NCBI RefSeq assembly: GCF_032191835.1 | Contig: NC_083231.1 | Span: 5,518,001 to 5,582,000, forward strand | Length of the DNA stretch: 64,000 bases | DNA from: Heteronotia binoei | Lineage: Eukaryota | Direction: 5' to 3' | Part shown: piece after piece, positions 21,720 through 35,400 of the stretch | How positions within the stretch are numbered: the stretch's first letter is position 1 | Layout: each line of letters opens with the position of its first letter | The notes under the pieces: generated by a model | Database searches by the model: none | What the model saw: only the letters and a program-made list of their open reading frames with translations | What the model was told of the DNA's origin: nothing | Translations under genes and position numbers: made by a program

Positions 21720-22080
21720 AGTTCAAGGTTCTGGTCCTCAATGGTCTGAAACCTGTGTACCTTTGGGACCACCTCTCCTGGTACACCCCAGAAGAGCACT
21801 GCACTCAGTGGAACAGAACTTTCTGGTAGTCCTTGGCCTGAGGGATGTCTGGCTGTCCTCGACTGGAGTCAGGGCATTTTCAGCCCTGATGCCAACCTGC
21901 TGGACTCCTTGCCGAATAACACCCATGCCCTGTAGGACCTGATGCAGTTCCGCAGGCAAGGCAGAGATGTTCCACCAGAAGCGATGGTCTCATCCTTCTG
22001 GCATTCCCATCCTCTGCCTCCCCCTACATGAAACAGTGGCACTACTGAATTCTTTAGTGCCATCTCTTAGGCAATTAGTG
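21720..22080 (+). mobile_element. Decayed L2 LINE C-terminal fragment
   Basis: Similar to 24985-25260 (...TACCTTTGGGACCACCTCTCC...AGAGCACTGCACTCAG...). Confidence 0.5.
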
Positions 22081-22928
22081 CATGTGTCTTTTAAAGATTT
22101 TTTTATTTAAAATTTAACATCAGATACAAAGACAAACCAGAGACAACCAACTGTCGTATGCCAAACAGACTATCACCTTACAAAGTTCCAATAAATATGT
22201 TCCAATAAATACTTCACAATACAAAGTTCCAATAAATACTTCACAATACAATAGGTGTGAATATCGCAAAAAATTAAGCCACAGATAATTACGCCAATCA
22301 GGAGAAAGTTGGTGTCAAAAGGTCATAGTAAATAATCAAGCATCGGTTAATTAACATAGTAAAACTTCTATAACACATTTCTGATCACAAAGATCTTTGT
22401 TACGAGCAATGAATTTTAAAACAGGGTAACAGAAATTATAATAATGAAGGCAGAGTATGGATCTTTATTTGAGCTCTATATCAATATGCTTTCCCTTGGT
22501 AGATAATCCCATCTGTCCTGTACCAAATCTTTAGAACGGGAGGGTGGGAAAGGGAGATTCCAGGAGGAGATGATTGCAAACTGCAGCAGCGCATAATTTA
22601 GAAATCAATCTTTATTAATTTGGGGGATTCGGGGATCTTCCCATAAGTTTAGCAACAGTACGTCAGGATGTAATGGAATAAAGAGACCTGTGATGATAGA
22701 AATTCGGCCTTGAATCAATGACCCAAATTTATGGATGGGAGGGCAGAACCACCAACAGTGGAGAAAGGAACCAGGAGACCCACATCTTTTTCAACACGTG
22801 GAATTGGTGCTTTTATTGCTTTATACTATTTTAAAATTATATTTGTCATGAATTTACTACGTTGTACACTGCCCTGAGCAGGAAGCGCAATCTAAAATCC
22901 AATGAAGCAAACAAACAATCGAACTTAC

Positions 22929-23098
22929 AACTGACTGGCGGCGCTGCTCTACCGTTCGTTCATCATCAGAATCGCTATAGTATTTCGAATAAAGGTAAGG
23001 CTTGTGGACGTAAGCATGTCGGCCAGATTTTGTTTTTTTATCATTGGGTTCACCGGCCTCCGGCCTTGTTTTAATCTGGCTGTGGTCCTCTTCTTCAT
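22929..23098 (-). CDS. BOD1L1: BOD1L1 exon 6 (170 nt)
   Basis: TTTAG acceptor and GTAAGT donor. Contains RHAYVHKPYLYSKYYSDSDDERTVEQRRQSV. Phase 1 to 0. Confidence 0.93.
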
Positions 23099-23678
23099 CT
23101 AAAGCAATAAGAAGAGCATGAAGGCGATTTAGAAGAAAGCCACGTTTAAATTCTGATGAAGGATGGAATCTATTGTGTCATGCACCATATTCCACGAGAG
23201 CAAGTGCTGCTTTCCTGGCCCTTCCTTCTCACTGTACGCCCTTCTGTGCTTCCTAGAGTCGGATATCAGACCAAACAAAACAAAAAAAAAAGATTTGGTC
23301 CACTGACCAGTCAAATATTATCAAATACATTTAAAGCATCGATCTTCTTAGAGCTAAGAGAGACGTTTTACTCATCACTGGCTATATGATTGCAAAAGCA
23401 ACACCGTCGAAGCCACGGAAACAACTTCTTAAAAAGGATCACTTGTGCTTGAAGTTTACAGTTGCAGTAGATGGACAGCAAGTAAAGCTTCACTAGACTC
23501 CACGTCTGCTCCAACTGCAGCGGGCCTGAGGAACAAGCAGTTCTCTCTCTGGTCCATTAACAAATGGCACTGGCCTGGATCCAGCCACACAGCTGGGAGG
23601 GGCAGAAGCATTTTGGTGATCCCCGCCCCACCCCCCAATTGTACAAACTCCAGTATTAGTTTGGAACTTCTAACTTAC

Positions 23679-23822
23679 CATCAGAAATAATCTCTCCTTC
23701 TTCTGTGCTGTCTGAAAGCACAAGTTCCTCTTCGCTTTCTTCTTCAAAGGAAGAAAGGTCACTAGTATGCACAGAGCTAACTGTGATATCACTGAGTATC
23801 TCTGTATCAGATTCCTCCAAAA
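23679..23822 (-). CDS. BOD1L1: BOD1L1 exon 5 (144 nt)
   Basis: CTAG acceptor and GTAAGT donor. Translates ILEESDTEILSDITVSSVHTSDLSSFEEESEEELVLSDSTEEGEIISD. Phase 1 to 1. Confidence 0.92.
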
Positions 23823-24368
23823 CTAGTTTAGAAAGAAAGAAAGAATCAATGCTATTTCTAAATACTTAAAACCCACACAAGCCCATGTACTAACAGAAGT
23901 GGACTTCTTTTGGTTTTTTGCCAATTTTCCATCCAGGCTACAGTCAGCAATTAATGCTTCTCCAATAGAATAAGGACATGAATGAGAAACAGATGGACTA
24001 AATAGTAACACAATAGACAAAAAAACTGTATCACAGCATTCTCCATCCCCAAGGAGCTCACTGTTTTACCTTTTGATGTTTTGTTGGGGAAATCTGCTGC
24101 TAATATTTTGTTGCCATTTGCAGTTACAGTCTTATGAACGTATAATCCAAATATACACATTTAAGCAGATTTCTGGCTTCTTAAAAATATAACATTTAAG
24201 CAGATTCCTGGCTTCTCAAAAATGTACCATCACATTATAAACAGAAGAAAACAATGCTTCTCAAAATATGCAGTTACCAATATTTAGTTATCCAGAGCAG
24301 AACTTTTTCAGTCAACCCTCCGCCCCCCAATCTCATCATCCCTCACCCACCCAGTATCGCATACTCAC

Positions 24369-24950
24369 TGTCTTTTGTACTCTCACTTGCTTTGTGTTTA
24401 CTACTGTTTTTGTCCCCAGCTGTCTCTCTCTCCTTTGTCACCTTTTCTTCTCGCACTTTCAGAATGTCATCGTTCTTTTTCAAGTGGTCCAGCTTCTTGT
24501 CTGTTTTTTCCTTTTTCTCTTTCTTCCTCTCTTTCTCACAGCTCTCTGGCTTCCTCTCTGCCAGCCTGCTCTTCTGCTCATCCCCTTCCTGCACGACATC
24601 CTTGCTTGGGCTGATCAAACCTGGAGCTTCTTTTGGCACAGTTTTTCTTTCTTCACTCGAAGAGAAGTTAATTACCTCTTCCCCGTTTGTTACAATTTCT
24701 GCACTTTCTTCGGCAGAGTTACATGGTTTCTCCCCATCCAGCATATCGTCAGCATTTCGCTCTCGCTCAATCCCACCATCTACGCTCTGCTGAGACGACA
24801 GTTTCCTTGAAGTTCTGTCAGTGGCCTTGGAAGTCACGACCTCTGTGGAAGCCCTGGCAGCACTGGCCTCTTGGTTGAGAGAAGTTATGGTTTCCAGAAT
24901 GGACATGGCATCACTAGCCACATCCGCACTAGAAGTGGCAACAGAAACTC
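24369..24950 (-). CDS. BOD1L1: BOD1L1 exon 4 (582 nt)
   Basis: AAAG acceptor and GTGAGT donor. Contains DAMSILETITSLNQEASAARASTE and KKEKKEKTDKKLDH. Phase 1 to 1. Confidence 0.9.
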
Positions 24951-24984
24951 CTTTGAGGAAGATACAGGGAAATGTAATGTGAGC

Positions 24985-25620
24985 ACTGTTGGACAGGCTA
25001 CATCTGAGAAAACTACTCTCACGCTAACCCTATATGGCCGAGGACCTGCCTACCTGAAGGACCGTCTCTCCCCATACGAGCCCCAAAGAGCACTGAGGTC
25101 AGCAGGGAAGAACAAACTGACTGTCCCTGGGCCAAGGGAGGCAAAATTACAGACTACACGGGCACGGGCTTTCTCCGTGGCAGCCCCGTGCCTGTGGAAT
25201 CAACTCCCGGAGGAGGTGCGGGCCCTGAGGAATTTAGATCAATTCCGCAGGGCCTGCAAGACCATCCTCTTTAGACAGGCCTTCTCAGAATGCTGACAGA
25301 GGATGGCTGAACGGAGGATCCAACAAAGTGATTCTTTAATGATTCTTGCCACCATTTCAATATGTAATAGCGCCCGGAACACCTCTGCTGCTGTTAAGTT
25401 ATAGATTATATATGTTATAGATTATATATGTTGGATTAGTTCTTAAAATGTATTAACTATGTATATTATTAACTATGTATAATCTTAATGCTGTTTTATA
25501 ATTTTAATGTGTTTTAATTACTGTATCTATATCATGTCTTATTGAATGTTGTTAGCCGCCCTGAGCCTGCCCAGGCGGGGAGGCCGGGATACAAATAAAA
25601 TTTAATAATACAAATAAAAT

Positions 25621-25650
<30 letters not shown>
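24985..25650 (+). mobile_element. L2 LINE 3' fragment with (AAT)n/(AAC)n tail
   Basis: YGRGPAYLKDRLSPYEPQRALRSAG...RAFSVAAPCLWNQLPEEVR...FRRACKTILF. L2-type 3' end GCCGCCCTGAGCC...GGGATACAAATAAA. Confidence 0.85.
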
Positions 25651-25654
<4 letters not shown>

Positions 25655-26164
25655 CAACAACAACAACAACACATTCAGGCGCTATAGCAAAAAGCAGATT
25701 GTTCCCCCTTCTCTTAAGAGGCCTAAACATAAACATCAGATTGATATATGCTCAGTCAAATGTCAGTAAATTGTAAATACACACCAGTCATTCCTAAGAT
25801 CTGTAGACAACAAGAGGGAAATATTAGATTTTGATGTGATTACTATTAAGTTTCAAAGGCAACAAGTGTGTCCAGTAAATACACACATCCTTTTCATGAG
25901 ATATGTACGTGTTAGGGAAGTTTCTCATGGCACCCCTGTAAATATTCAAAAACAAACCTGACATCTTATATTTACCAGCAAATGTTAACACACATCAAGT
26001 CTCTGGCATTTACCACAAAATGTATGATGATAAATTCAAAATGACCTGAAATACAGACTTCCAAAGACGGACAATAGTTTAAGTTGACCCCTCAGCTGAA
26101 ATAAAGCTCAAGGACACTTATCATCCCTGGGAGCAGCAGGGAGGCCCAGTCTTTGTACAGTGGT

Positions 26165-26450
26165 GTGTCTACGTCACTGCCCACATGACCCGGAAGTGAG
26201 GTTGGGGTAACACTCTGGTATTTGGCCAAAAACTCTACGGTAAATTTGGCTTTGATCATAAAGTTTTTGCCCAAATACCAGAGTGTCGCCCGAATGTCCC
26301 GTAAGTGATGTCACTTCTGAGTCACATGGGTAATAATACTAGAGCTCCCTCTTTTTCTGAGTGAGTTCCCCCCTGCCGGCCAGCTGGCAGGAAGGTGGGG
26401 CCTGGGAGCAGGGGAACTCTGCCTTCACCAGGGGATCTGGCAGTCCTACT
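26165..26450. mobile_element. Palindromic MITE-like element
   Basis: Inverted pair ACACTCTGGTATTTGGCCAAAAACT / AGTTTTTGCCCAAATACCAGAGTGT; degenerate end CTGGCAGTCCTA. Confidence 0.55.
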
Positions 26451-26563
26451 GTCACATCACATCCATTAACATCACATCAATAAAACCTGGAGCTGAATTT
26501 TCGGACCCAGTATTAAAGACTCAATGGTGTGTCGGTTTTGCCAAGGGCAATGGAAAGACATAC

Positions 26564-26754
26564 CTGGCATGGTAAGAGAAGCATCTGGTTTCTCCTCAAG
26601 TTGTGTTGTGCTGGGACTGGCTTCCTCTTTATGATTTAATGTGGCTAAGAACTCGTGGACAGCTTTTTCCACTTGTGGTCTGAATATATGATTGATCTTT
26701 GGGTCTACAACTTGAGAAATTATTCTGTCAATCCCAGATTCTAACATTCCCGAT
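26564..26754 (-). CDS. BOD1L1: BOD1L1 exon 3 (191 nt)
   Basis: TTTCAG acceptor and GTATGT donor. Translates SGMLESGIDRIISQVVDPKINHIFRPQVEKAVHEFLATLNHKEE...MP. Phase 2 to 1. Confidence 0.95.
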
Positions 26755-28351
26755 CTGAAACAAAATGATAAAACACAGGAATAGGGTTTTTTTTTCCTTT
26801 TGTGGGGGTGGGGTTTGGAAGTCTGCACTGCTCTGATCCACTGTGCTTAAAATAAGCTCCCTAAAGGGAAAAATGTCAGTGATAACATCGAGCATTGATA
26901 CACGCACAAATAGTGCATTTGAAGTATTCAGTGCCTCAGCATAATTCTCAGCAGTCCCTACAACAGCATTATAAAGGAAGCCAGTATTTTCCTCCCCATA
27001 TTGCTGGGGGGTGGGGGGAGCAAGAGAGTGGTTAGCTTAATAGCACCTTCAGAGCAGTAACACAGGCAAGAGCTGAATTCTTTATGATTTACAGCAGGAA
27101 GCTTCCCTCCTTTCTATAAAAGAATTGCAATAACAATCTCAGCCTTATTGAATTGGGGTTAGTATTTGGCTAGCAATCATGGCAGGGGCGAATGAACAGG
27201 CCATGTATATACAATGGTATACTGGGCTAATATTTTGAATTTGTTTCTCTCACACCAGCTATGTATTTTTCATTACCTAGTAAATAAAACTTGCAGTCCT
27301 GATACAAAACCAACTGGTGCTACATAGACATAACCACAGCAATTAGACAGCTTCTGTTTACAATAGAAAGCTTCTGAAAAAAACTGCTCATTCATAAAGG
27401 CTGAAAAAGCAACACCAATTTTATAACATTCCTCAAAACAACTATGCATGCCTGGAATCATCAGCCAGTGCATGTTTCATTTTATTATTAATGGCCTTAT
27501 TGTGTAGAGGCAGAAGCTAGTAATATATCTAGCCACTCTGTGCATGAATTGTGCAGGAGCGAAAAGTGAGATATTTAAACAACGTGGAAGATCACAGTCA
27601 CGGCCCCTATGTTTTGAACATATTTCCTAGCATTTGTCACAGTCTGAGATACTCTTAACAACCTTCTTGTCCCTCTGAATATGTGTAGTTAGTATTATTT
27701 GTTGAAGGCAGTATCAAGGAGGTATCAAATAAATTTGGCAATTTTTATGGACTTTTAAAAAGTACCATTCAATACATTTCAACTACTGAAGGTCATTTTG
27801 TACTGTAGAGATGAAAGATGTGAACCTACACCTACGATTAGTTTTGATGATTTTTTTTTTAAAAAATGAAGCAGTTGAAAAATATTTACCATTGTTTAAT
27901 GCTACAATTTCGCTTTTCAACTTCTTTACTCTAAGGAAAATACACATACATGTGCATGATCCCATTGTTTTTGGAAAAGTGCAAACGTTACTTGGGAAAA
28001 AAAAAAGTGAAGTGCCTCCTGCAAAAAAAAAAGATCTCGTCCAAAGTATGTTGGGCAGGACCCAAAGGATTGTGGAAGTAGCTCCACGAAAAGAGGCCTT
28101 CAGATCAACAGAAACACCCACCGCTCCTGTTTCTGACAGTCATGTTCTTTTAAAACTAAAAGTAATTTTGTTGAAAATTTGATGATGCATGGAGGTCAGC
28201 TGGTGATGAGGCAGGGAGAGGCACACTCAGAATTCCACCTTCCCCAATGACCCTTTGGACCCCAACCGCGTCTAGTGTCTCTCAGTTCAGCTACCTCAGA
28301 GGAGCTCTTCTTTATACAACAAACACTGACAGGCTTATAAGACTGACTTAC

Positions 28352-28476
28352 TTGAGAACCTGTTGCCTGATATTATTCCGCAGCTGGTTTTTGTTCAGGT
28401 GAGGACTCCATGTGTGAGTTGCTAGGTGGTTGGAAACAAAGTTGTCAACCCGCTGCCTTAAGTTCTGATACGCTGG
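28352..28476 (-). CDS. BOD1L1: BOD1L1 exon 2 (125 nt)
   Basis: TCAG acceptor and GTAAGT donor. Translates PAYQNLRQRVDNFVSNHLATHTWSPHLNKNQLRNNIRQQVLK, matching the BOD1 family. Phase 0 to 2. Confidence 0.95.
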
Positions 28477-30489
28477 CTGAAAGGAGAGGGTATGAAAGAT
28501 CCAAAGAATAATATTTTAGTTTTGGCGAGTTTGGGCACAATCCATGTCTTAGAACTGGGTCAATGAAAAGAGATAAAGAGACACACAATAAATTGTTCCC
28601 CTCAACAGAAAATATATTTTTTAAATTAAGAATATCTTTTCTGCAAATAATTTGAAAACAAGACACAGGGCTTCACCTGCTAAGACTATCTGGTTCTTTT
28701 TTTAACCATAAGTCCTAAAGGTGAAGGCCTAAAAAAAATTGGGAAAACAGGAATATTTTCCACCCTCTTCCCACCATAACTGTTTTCCATTTTTTTCTGA
28801 TGGGAAAATTGGGGGGACTACTCTTAGGAGATATTGTAATTCAGTATGAGTAAAATGCTTGTAAAACCAATGTTCTCAAATGGGTTAGCTGTCCTTTACT
28901 TCCAATAACAAGACAATCTACATCATTAGACAATAATTAACAGACATGCGTAATACTCAAATCTGGCCTGTTTCAGGTTTCTCCAGCATGTGAAAGAAAT
29001 TGTCCCTGGTGAACTCCTAACTCCATGGATATAAAACTGAAAGCCCATAATACCCCGGAAGAACCGTCCCCCCTTCAAGTCACAGCCTTGTGAACTGCCG
29101 GGGGCGGGGGATCAGGTGAGCTCTGAATGCATCTGACACATGTATTTTTTCTTTTATGCACTATTTATTCTCTCTTCCTAACTGACAAAAAGTAACAAAT
29201 GTTTACACACTGTAAAGGGCCCTGCTTGCTGTTCCGTCTTTGTGAGCACGCACAATAATGGTTCCATGTACTAAGTTACACAGACTGCACTTTTATATGC
29301 GAAACGCTGCAATTTAAGTCTTTGAAGAAACCATGTACAGCACATATATCCCCCCCCACCGAAAATATGGCAACCTCATGGCTTCCAAATTGTACTTCTT
29401 CACCTTTGGCAGAACTAAAAGGAATGACAGAAAAGAGCAAGAGTACAGTAGCCCCTTAAAGGCTAACAACATTTGTGGCGGGGAAGGAGCATACCCTGTG
29501 TGAGAAGTGACGCACGAAAGCTCACCCGCTGCCACGAATGACAAAGGGGCTACTGGACTCTCTGTTCTTTTCTACTGCAACAGATAAGACAAACACAGCT
29601 ACCAATCTCAATCTATCACCAAAAGAAACAATGCAATGCTCCCCGCCACTGAGTGGGAAACAGAGGGCCGCATTCTGGTCAGAAGTGAAATAATACTCTG
29701 GTCAAACCGCTTCATTTCTACATAATTCATAAAGTAATTGGGGGGGGGGCAGCTGGTCAATCTCCTCCCCCTCCTGGGCCTGCATGGCTACTGCTGGACA
29801 GTCCAAGGGGGTCACCTCCTTGTCTCCTGACAGCTGCGGGTAAATTGAGCCCTTGCACTTCCTCAAAATGCTGCCCACCAAGTAATTGGGGGGGGGGGCT
29901 TCACCCATGAAGCTTCTCATGGCAGGCTGGCTCATGGTGTCCTCTAAAGCCCTGGTTTCAACAAGGGCCCCACAGAAACCAGCTGTGAAATTCACACCAC
30001 GAGTGGGGCAGGAATGGCAAAGAAGCAATTTGTCACCAGCCTTCCTTCCTCACACCCTCAGGCACTAGCTTGGCTGCAGAACAGATGAGGACACGGGAGC
30101 ACTGGGGCTGCTCCTTAGCCTCGCTAGCTATTGCTCTTTTTCCTTAGGCAAGAGAAAGCATAAAGCGGCCACTGCAGCCGTGGCATCCTTGGGAATAGAC
30201 CACACGGATAGGTAAAATGGATCACAAACAGGTCACAATCAGGGCAGGGCCCCAGATGACCTTCGGATAATCACAGCAGGCTTGTGAGAGGAGTGCGCTT
30301 AAAGCACATCTAACATGTCAGACCAAGAGAGCTGTCAATGAAGGGAGTCGGTTGATCTCAATGCCCAGGGCAACTGTTAGCAAGATGTTATGAAGAAAAG
30401 TGCACTTAATACAAGTACCAAAACCATCAAGATCTCCCCCTGCCCAAACCCCCCACTTTAAGTCCTTGGGTATCTAAATGCCCTGACCA

Positions 30490-30630
30490 GGACAGCTTTG
30501 GATAATCAACGAATGGGAGACCCTGCAGTCAGGCAAAGACAAACCACCTCTGTCCATCTCTTGCCTTGAAAACCCAGAGGGGTCAGGCTATAAGTCAGCT
30601 GCGACTTGATGGCACTTCCCACCATCACAC
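30490..30630 (+). mobile_element. Sauria SINE fragment
   Basis: CAAACCACCTCTG...TCTTGCCTTGAAAACCC...ATAAGTCAGCTGCGACTTGATGGCAC. Confidence 0.6.
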
Positions 30631-30769
30631 ACAAACAGACCCAAAGCATGAAGAGAAATTGCTACTGCCACATCAGCCTCCTCTTGACTAGTGTCTGAAA
30701 GGAGAACCACCACCACAACAGCAGCAGTGTGGTTTTGCAGGCGCGCACGTATCTGATGAAGTCCATATC

Positions 30770-30960
30770 AAGGAACAGGCTTGCTCAGGAGGTGGGGGGC
30801 TCTCCTTCCTCGGAGGTTTTTAAACAGAGACTAGATGGTCATCTGACAGCAATGAAGATCCTGTGAATTTAAGGGGTGGTGTTCGTGAGTATCCTGCATT
30901 GTGCAGGGGGTTGGACTAGATGACCCTGGAGGTCTCTTCCAACTCTATGATTCTGTGATA
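30770..30960 (+). mobile_element. CR1 3' end
   Basis: GGAGGTTTTTAAACAGAGACTAGATGGTCATCTG...TTCCAACTCTATGATTCTGTGAT. Confidence 0.75.
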
Positions 30961-33900
30961 TATAAAATATCTACAGATAGCTAATAGTGACATGTGGCCC
31001 ACACCTGTGGACATCTAAAACCATGTAACAGGGCCACACCAACCCTAAACAGATTTTCCTGTGAACTTGAGGGATCTCCCAGGTTTGCAGAAAAATCTGA
31101 AATTTTTCAAAAAATACATTGGGAGGTTTAAATTCCCTACAAATATAAAAGTTGCCTGAGCAGGTGCACAGAATGTGCTTACTGTGCTTCTGTGGTAGTT
31201 GTTGCTGGAATCCACCCTGGGCCTGGCCAGCGGCCATTGGGAGTCACTCCAAGATGTTGGGAGCTGCTCCAGGTCTGGCCCCAGAAGGCTCCGGGAACCA
31301 CTACGAGCTTGGAGCAGCTCCCGGACATCATCGCAGCTACAGCTGGCTTCAAAGGCTGGTGCTGGGGCCTGGAGGTGGTCTGAATTCAGCAATAGGGTAG
31401 GGGTATAGGATCTCTCCCCCCACCACTTGTAGGTTCTAATGTTGATTTGCTAATGAGCTCATTATACTGGATTGCCTCAGGCTTGTATCTCTTGCCCAGA
31501 AAATCATGACGACGGATTGAATAGGGCATTGGGCGGGATCTGGCAGACATGTTCCCCACTGTCATAAAGCCTCCCTGGTGACTTTGGGGCAGGCAAATCT
31601 CTCAGCCTACCTTGCTTGGCTGTTGTGAGGATAAAATGGAAAAGAGACTGATGCACATATCCGGAGTTCCTTTGAGAAAGGATGGGATGAACATGTTAAA
31701 TACATATATATCATTGGAAGTAAGCGATAGTTAAGAGGCTGACTCTAGTAACTTAACTATAGTACTATTTTAAGCTAGGAAATCTCTGGTTCAGATCTAC
31801 CAACAAGCATGAAGTTCACCAAGGGAACTTTAGTTCCCTTACACAAGCTCCTATCTGCAATTGGCCATGGCCAAGCAGCTGAATCCAGACAAGACAGTGG
31901 TCACGCTAGACTGGAAGGAAGACACTTGGGAAAGTTTGGATCCACTCGTGATGTGTGGAGTTGGCATCTGCAGAGCAGGTTAGGAACTTAGGGGTATTCA
32001 TTAACTCAAAATAAAACTAAAGAGCAGTGGCACACTGAACAATGTTTATTTCAATATGAGCTTTAACTTATAAAAGCTCATAAGGGAATAAATGTTATAA
32101 AAACATAAGAACTTAAGAGAAGCCATGTTGGATCAGGCCAATGGCCCATCCATCCAACACTGTGTCACACAGTGGCCAAAAAACCCAGGTGCCATCAAGA
32201 GGTATGTTGGTCTTTAAGATGACACTGGACTTTTATTTGCTACCACAGACTAACCAAGCTGCCCCTTTGCAAACTCATGGATTCAGCCTTTCTAGCTGAA
32301 GGCAGGTTGGTGAGGTGGGCAAGAAGCTTCTACACCTGCATCTCTTTCACCACCTCTTTCCTATCCTAGACTCAGACAATCTGGCCACACTAATCCATAT
32401 TTTCGTTCAAAACTTTTCCTGGACTGGAGCCCACCTTGAGGGACTGTCTCTCCCTGTATATTTTCCTGTGCCAGCTGGAGCCTTCAGCCTGCAACCTCCT
32501 GGGGGCTCCCTCATTACAAGTAACCCACCCAGCACCAGTGAGGGCCCCTGCTTTCTCAGGACCATCTCTGACTTTATGGAATGAACTCCCCAAGGTGGTG
32601 GCGGTGGGGTGACATCCTTGGAAATTTTCAGGAGGCTCTCTAAAACTAATTTTACTCACCAGAGCTTTTAACAGAGTATATACCTCAAACATTCTATTAG
32701 GTGTTGTGGAGGAAACTGGATTTCATTGTTATCCATTTTTTTAGCTATATATTGTAAACCACTTTGAACCATAAGGATAAATGTTATATGAATCCTTTAA
32801 TAAACCTTATTGCCTTGTACTCCAATATCACTAACATACAAAGAACTCTTGTAAAGGTTTCAGCTGCATGTCAACAGGAAATAAGTAAAATGAGATTTAT
32901 GCTGCCATTAACTTACCTAGAATTGTGAAGGTGTGTGTGTGATGGGGGGGGGGGATCAGGAAAAGAAATTTCTTCTGCAAGGACGCTCTCCCCCCACTTC
33001 TCCAATATTAAAGAAATTTGGCTCACACTGAAAAACCCTCCAATGAAATATTTTCTATTTTGGAACAAGCATAAGCTACTAGTCCTATTATGACTATATA
33101 AATCTGTTTGTGCCCAAATATCATTCTTTTTTTGCTACAAAGATATATGGGCTAAAATAGCAGAAGGTGCTGCTCTCTTTGTAGTACTGGGCACATTTGC
33201 AATTTTACCTGCAGAAAGCTAAAAGGGGAGCTGCACCAAGGCAAAACAATGATGAAGAAAAAGCATCCATCTTTTGAGGGGGAGTTAAAAAGAATCTAAA
33301 AGATTCTCCCTGGCAAAGCTGCCCATGAAATACACATGGTCTGGAAAATGACTAAAAATTCATTTACCTCTGCATCAGTTTGTTTCCATCTTCATTCTGC
33401 TGGAAGCTAAACCATTTATACTAAACATATGAACCTGTTCCACTACGAATTTTCTGTAAAAGCAATAAGGTGTATCCTCCCCTCACCACTTCCAGAAAAA
33501 AGAGGGTTATTTTCCCTTCTTCAGAACTTCAGGAAATTGAACATCTGATATGGAAATAGTTTATAGAATCACTGTAGGGCCTACCTGTTTGCTTTGGCCT
33601 AGGCTCAGGTTTAAGTTGGAAAAGGACAAGAAAATTTAACTTAGATGAAACTTTATTTGAGATAAACTTTTAACAAGTGTCTGAAATCTCAAGTGATCAG
33701 TCTGAGTTAACAGACATGCCTAGAAAGTTGTACTTTTAGCAAAAACATGACTGATGAAGAATAGGTCTTTTCTTTTAGTCATGACAATGACATGGAACTC
33801 GTGTGTTCAAAAGCAGTACACATCAATTAGCTACTGAGCAAAAATAGGTGAAGGCCTTTACTTTGATGCCCTGCTAGCTCTAGAAGACTGGAGTTTAGCT

Positions 33901-35400
33901 GGACTTTGGTCTGAATAATCAAGGTAGTTCATTAAAAAAACTCCAATTCTTTAGTGCAATTCCAAATCAACTTGATTCAGCTGATCTAAGTTGGTAGGCA
34001 GGTGTTGCCTTCCTCCTTCAGTACTCCATGTGTGTTCCTCCCAAAGCTGCATGGTCAGTGGATGTGGACAACCATCCCAAATGGAAGGGAAACCTAGCCT
34101 CAAGCATTATTTACCTTATTAGCCACCTTTCTGTATGAAAGGTGCACCCAAGGAGATTTCACAACAGCTTAGGATGCCTTGCCACTTGACTCACACAGGT
34201 GGTCAACTAATATCTAGGAGGTAGCACCTTACTCTGGAACTAGAGGCTCATATGATTCAGTAGTCCTCTGTGCAAGGAAAAATGCACAGAGAAGGGGCAT
34301 AACCCCAAAACAAAAACCACACAATACCTTTTATTAAAGCTAACTTAAACAAAACACAGGCTGCAAACTTTTTCCCAAGCTAGATATTTAAACCAACAAA
34401 GAGTGGTGATGGAGATCTTCCAGCCAAAGTTAGGGAAAGGATGAAACTACAACTCTTCTCTCCAACTTATTACATAGAAATGTTTAGGTTTTTTACAAAA
34501 CCCAGAAGTATATGCCACCATGTGAGCCAGTTCACTTCTGTACAGAACAGGTACTGCTCAGATTTACCCCTCCCTGAGAACTAAGGCAATAAAACTAATG
34601 GGCAGATATGGAATGAAAGAGAAAGCAAGGTTCCTTGCTCTGGGGTGCTGGCTTGCATCTCCACAGAAGCCACTAGGCTTGGATTGTTCCCCAGGCAATC
34701 TCTATAGTCCATCTTGAGCAAGATGAGATTCATGGAGAAATCTACTATGGCGATCCCTGGCCCAAAAGATGTCCAGCTGTCTTCAACCAACCCTGGCTCT
34801 GGCTTGGTGGAAGTCTCTACCTCCGGACCTCTGGGTCCTGTGGGACTTAGTTCAGTTCTACATGGCATGTAAGATAGAGATGTTCCACTACGCCTGCAGC
34901 TGAGGCAGCAATGACTTTCACAATATCCAGCCTACCATCCACCCCCTCTGGAGGGAGAGAAATAACAGTACACACCATTATCATTGGTCCAGGTAATGCC
35001 TATTGATTTGTTGATTATCTTATATTTTAATCCATAGTATGTTTTTAATACATACTGTAGATTAAAATATAAAATAAATAATTCCCCCACCCCGACCCTG
35101 AAATCTTATTCATTTACACATTTGTATCTCAATTTCCCCTCTACAGCTTACAAAATTGCACCCCCCCCTCCTCCTTAGTTCAGACTGAGAGCGTGCGCCT
35201 GGCCCAAGGTCACCCAGCCAGCTTCCACGGCAGAGCGGGCATCAGTCCCGGAGTCTCCCAGATCCTCAGCCACTACTTTGCCTTAGAACAGGGGTGGCCA
35301 AACTGTGACTGTTTCACACACATTGTGTGGGTCTCGAAGCCCCCCCCCCCCCCCGCTACGTTGGCCAGTTTGGAGAAGGCATCTGTCTCTTTAAATCATT

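Noticed and set aside
24254-24810. Two ~180-aa hydrophobic plus-strand ORFs
   Set aside because: Antisense shadows of the Lys/Glu-rich exon 4.
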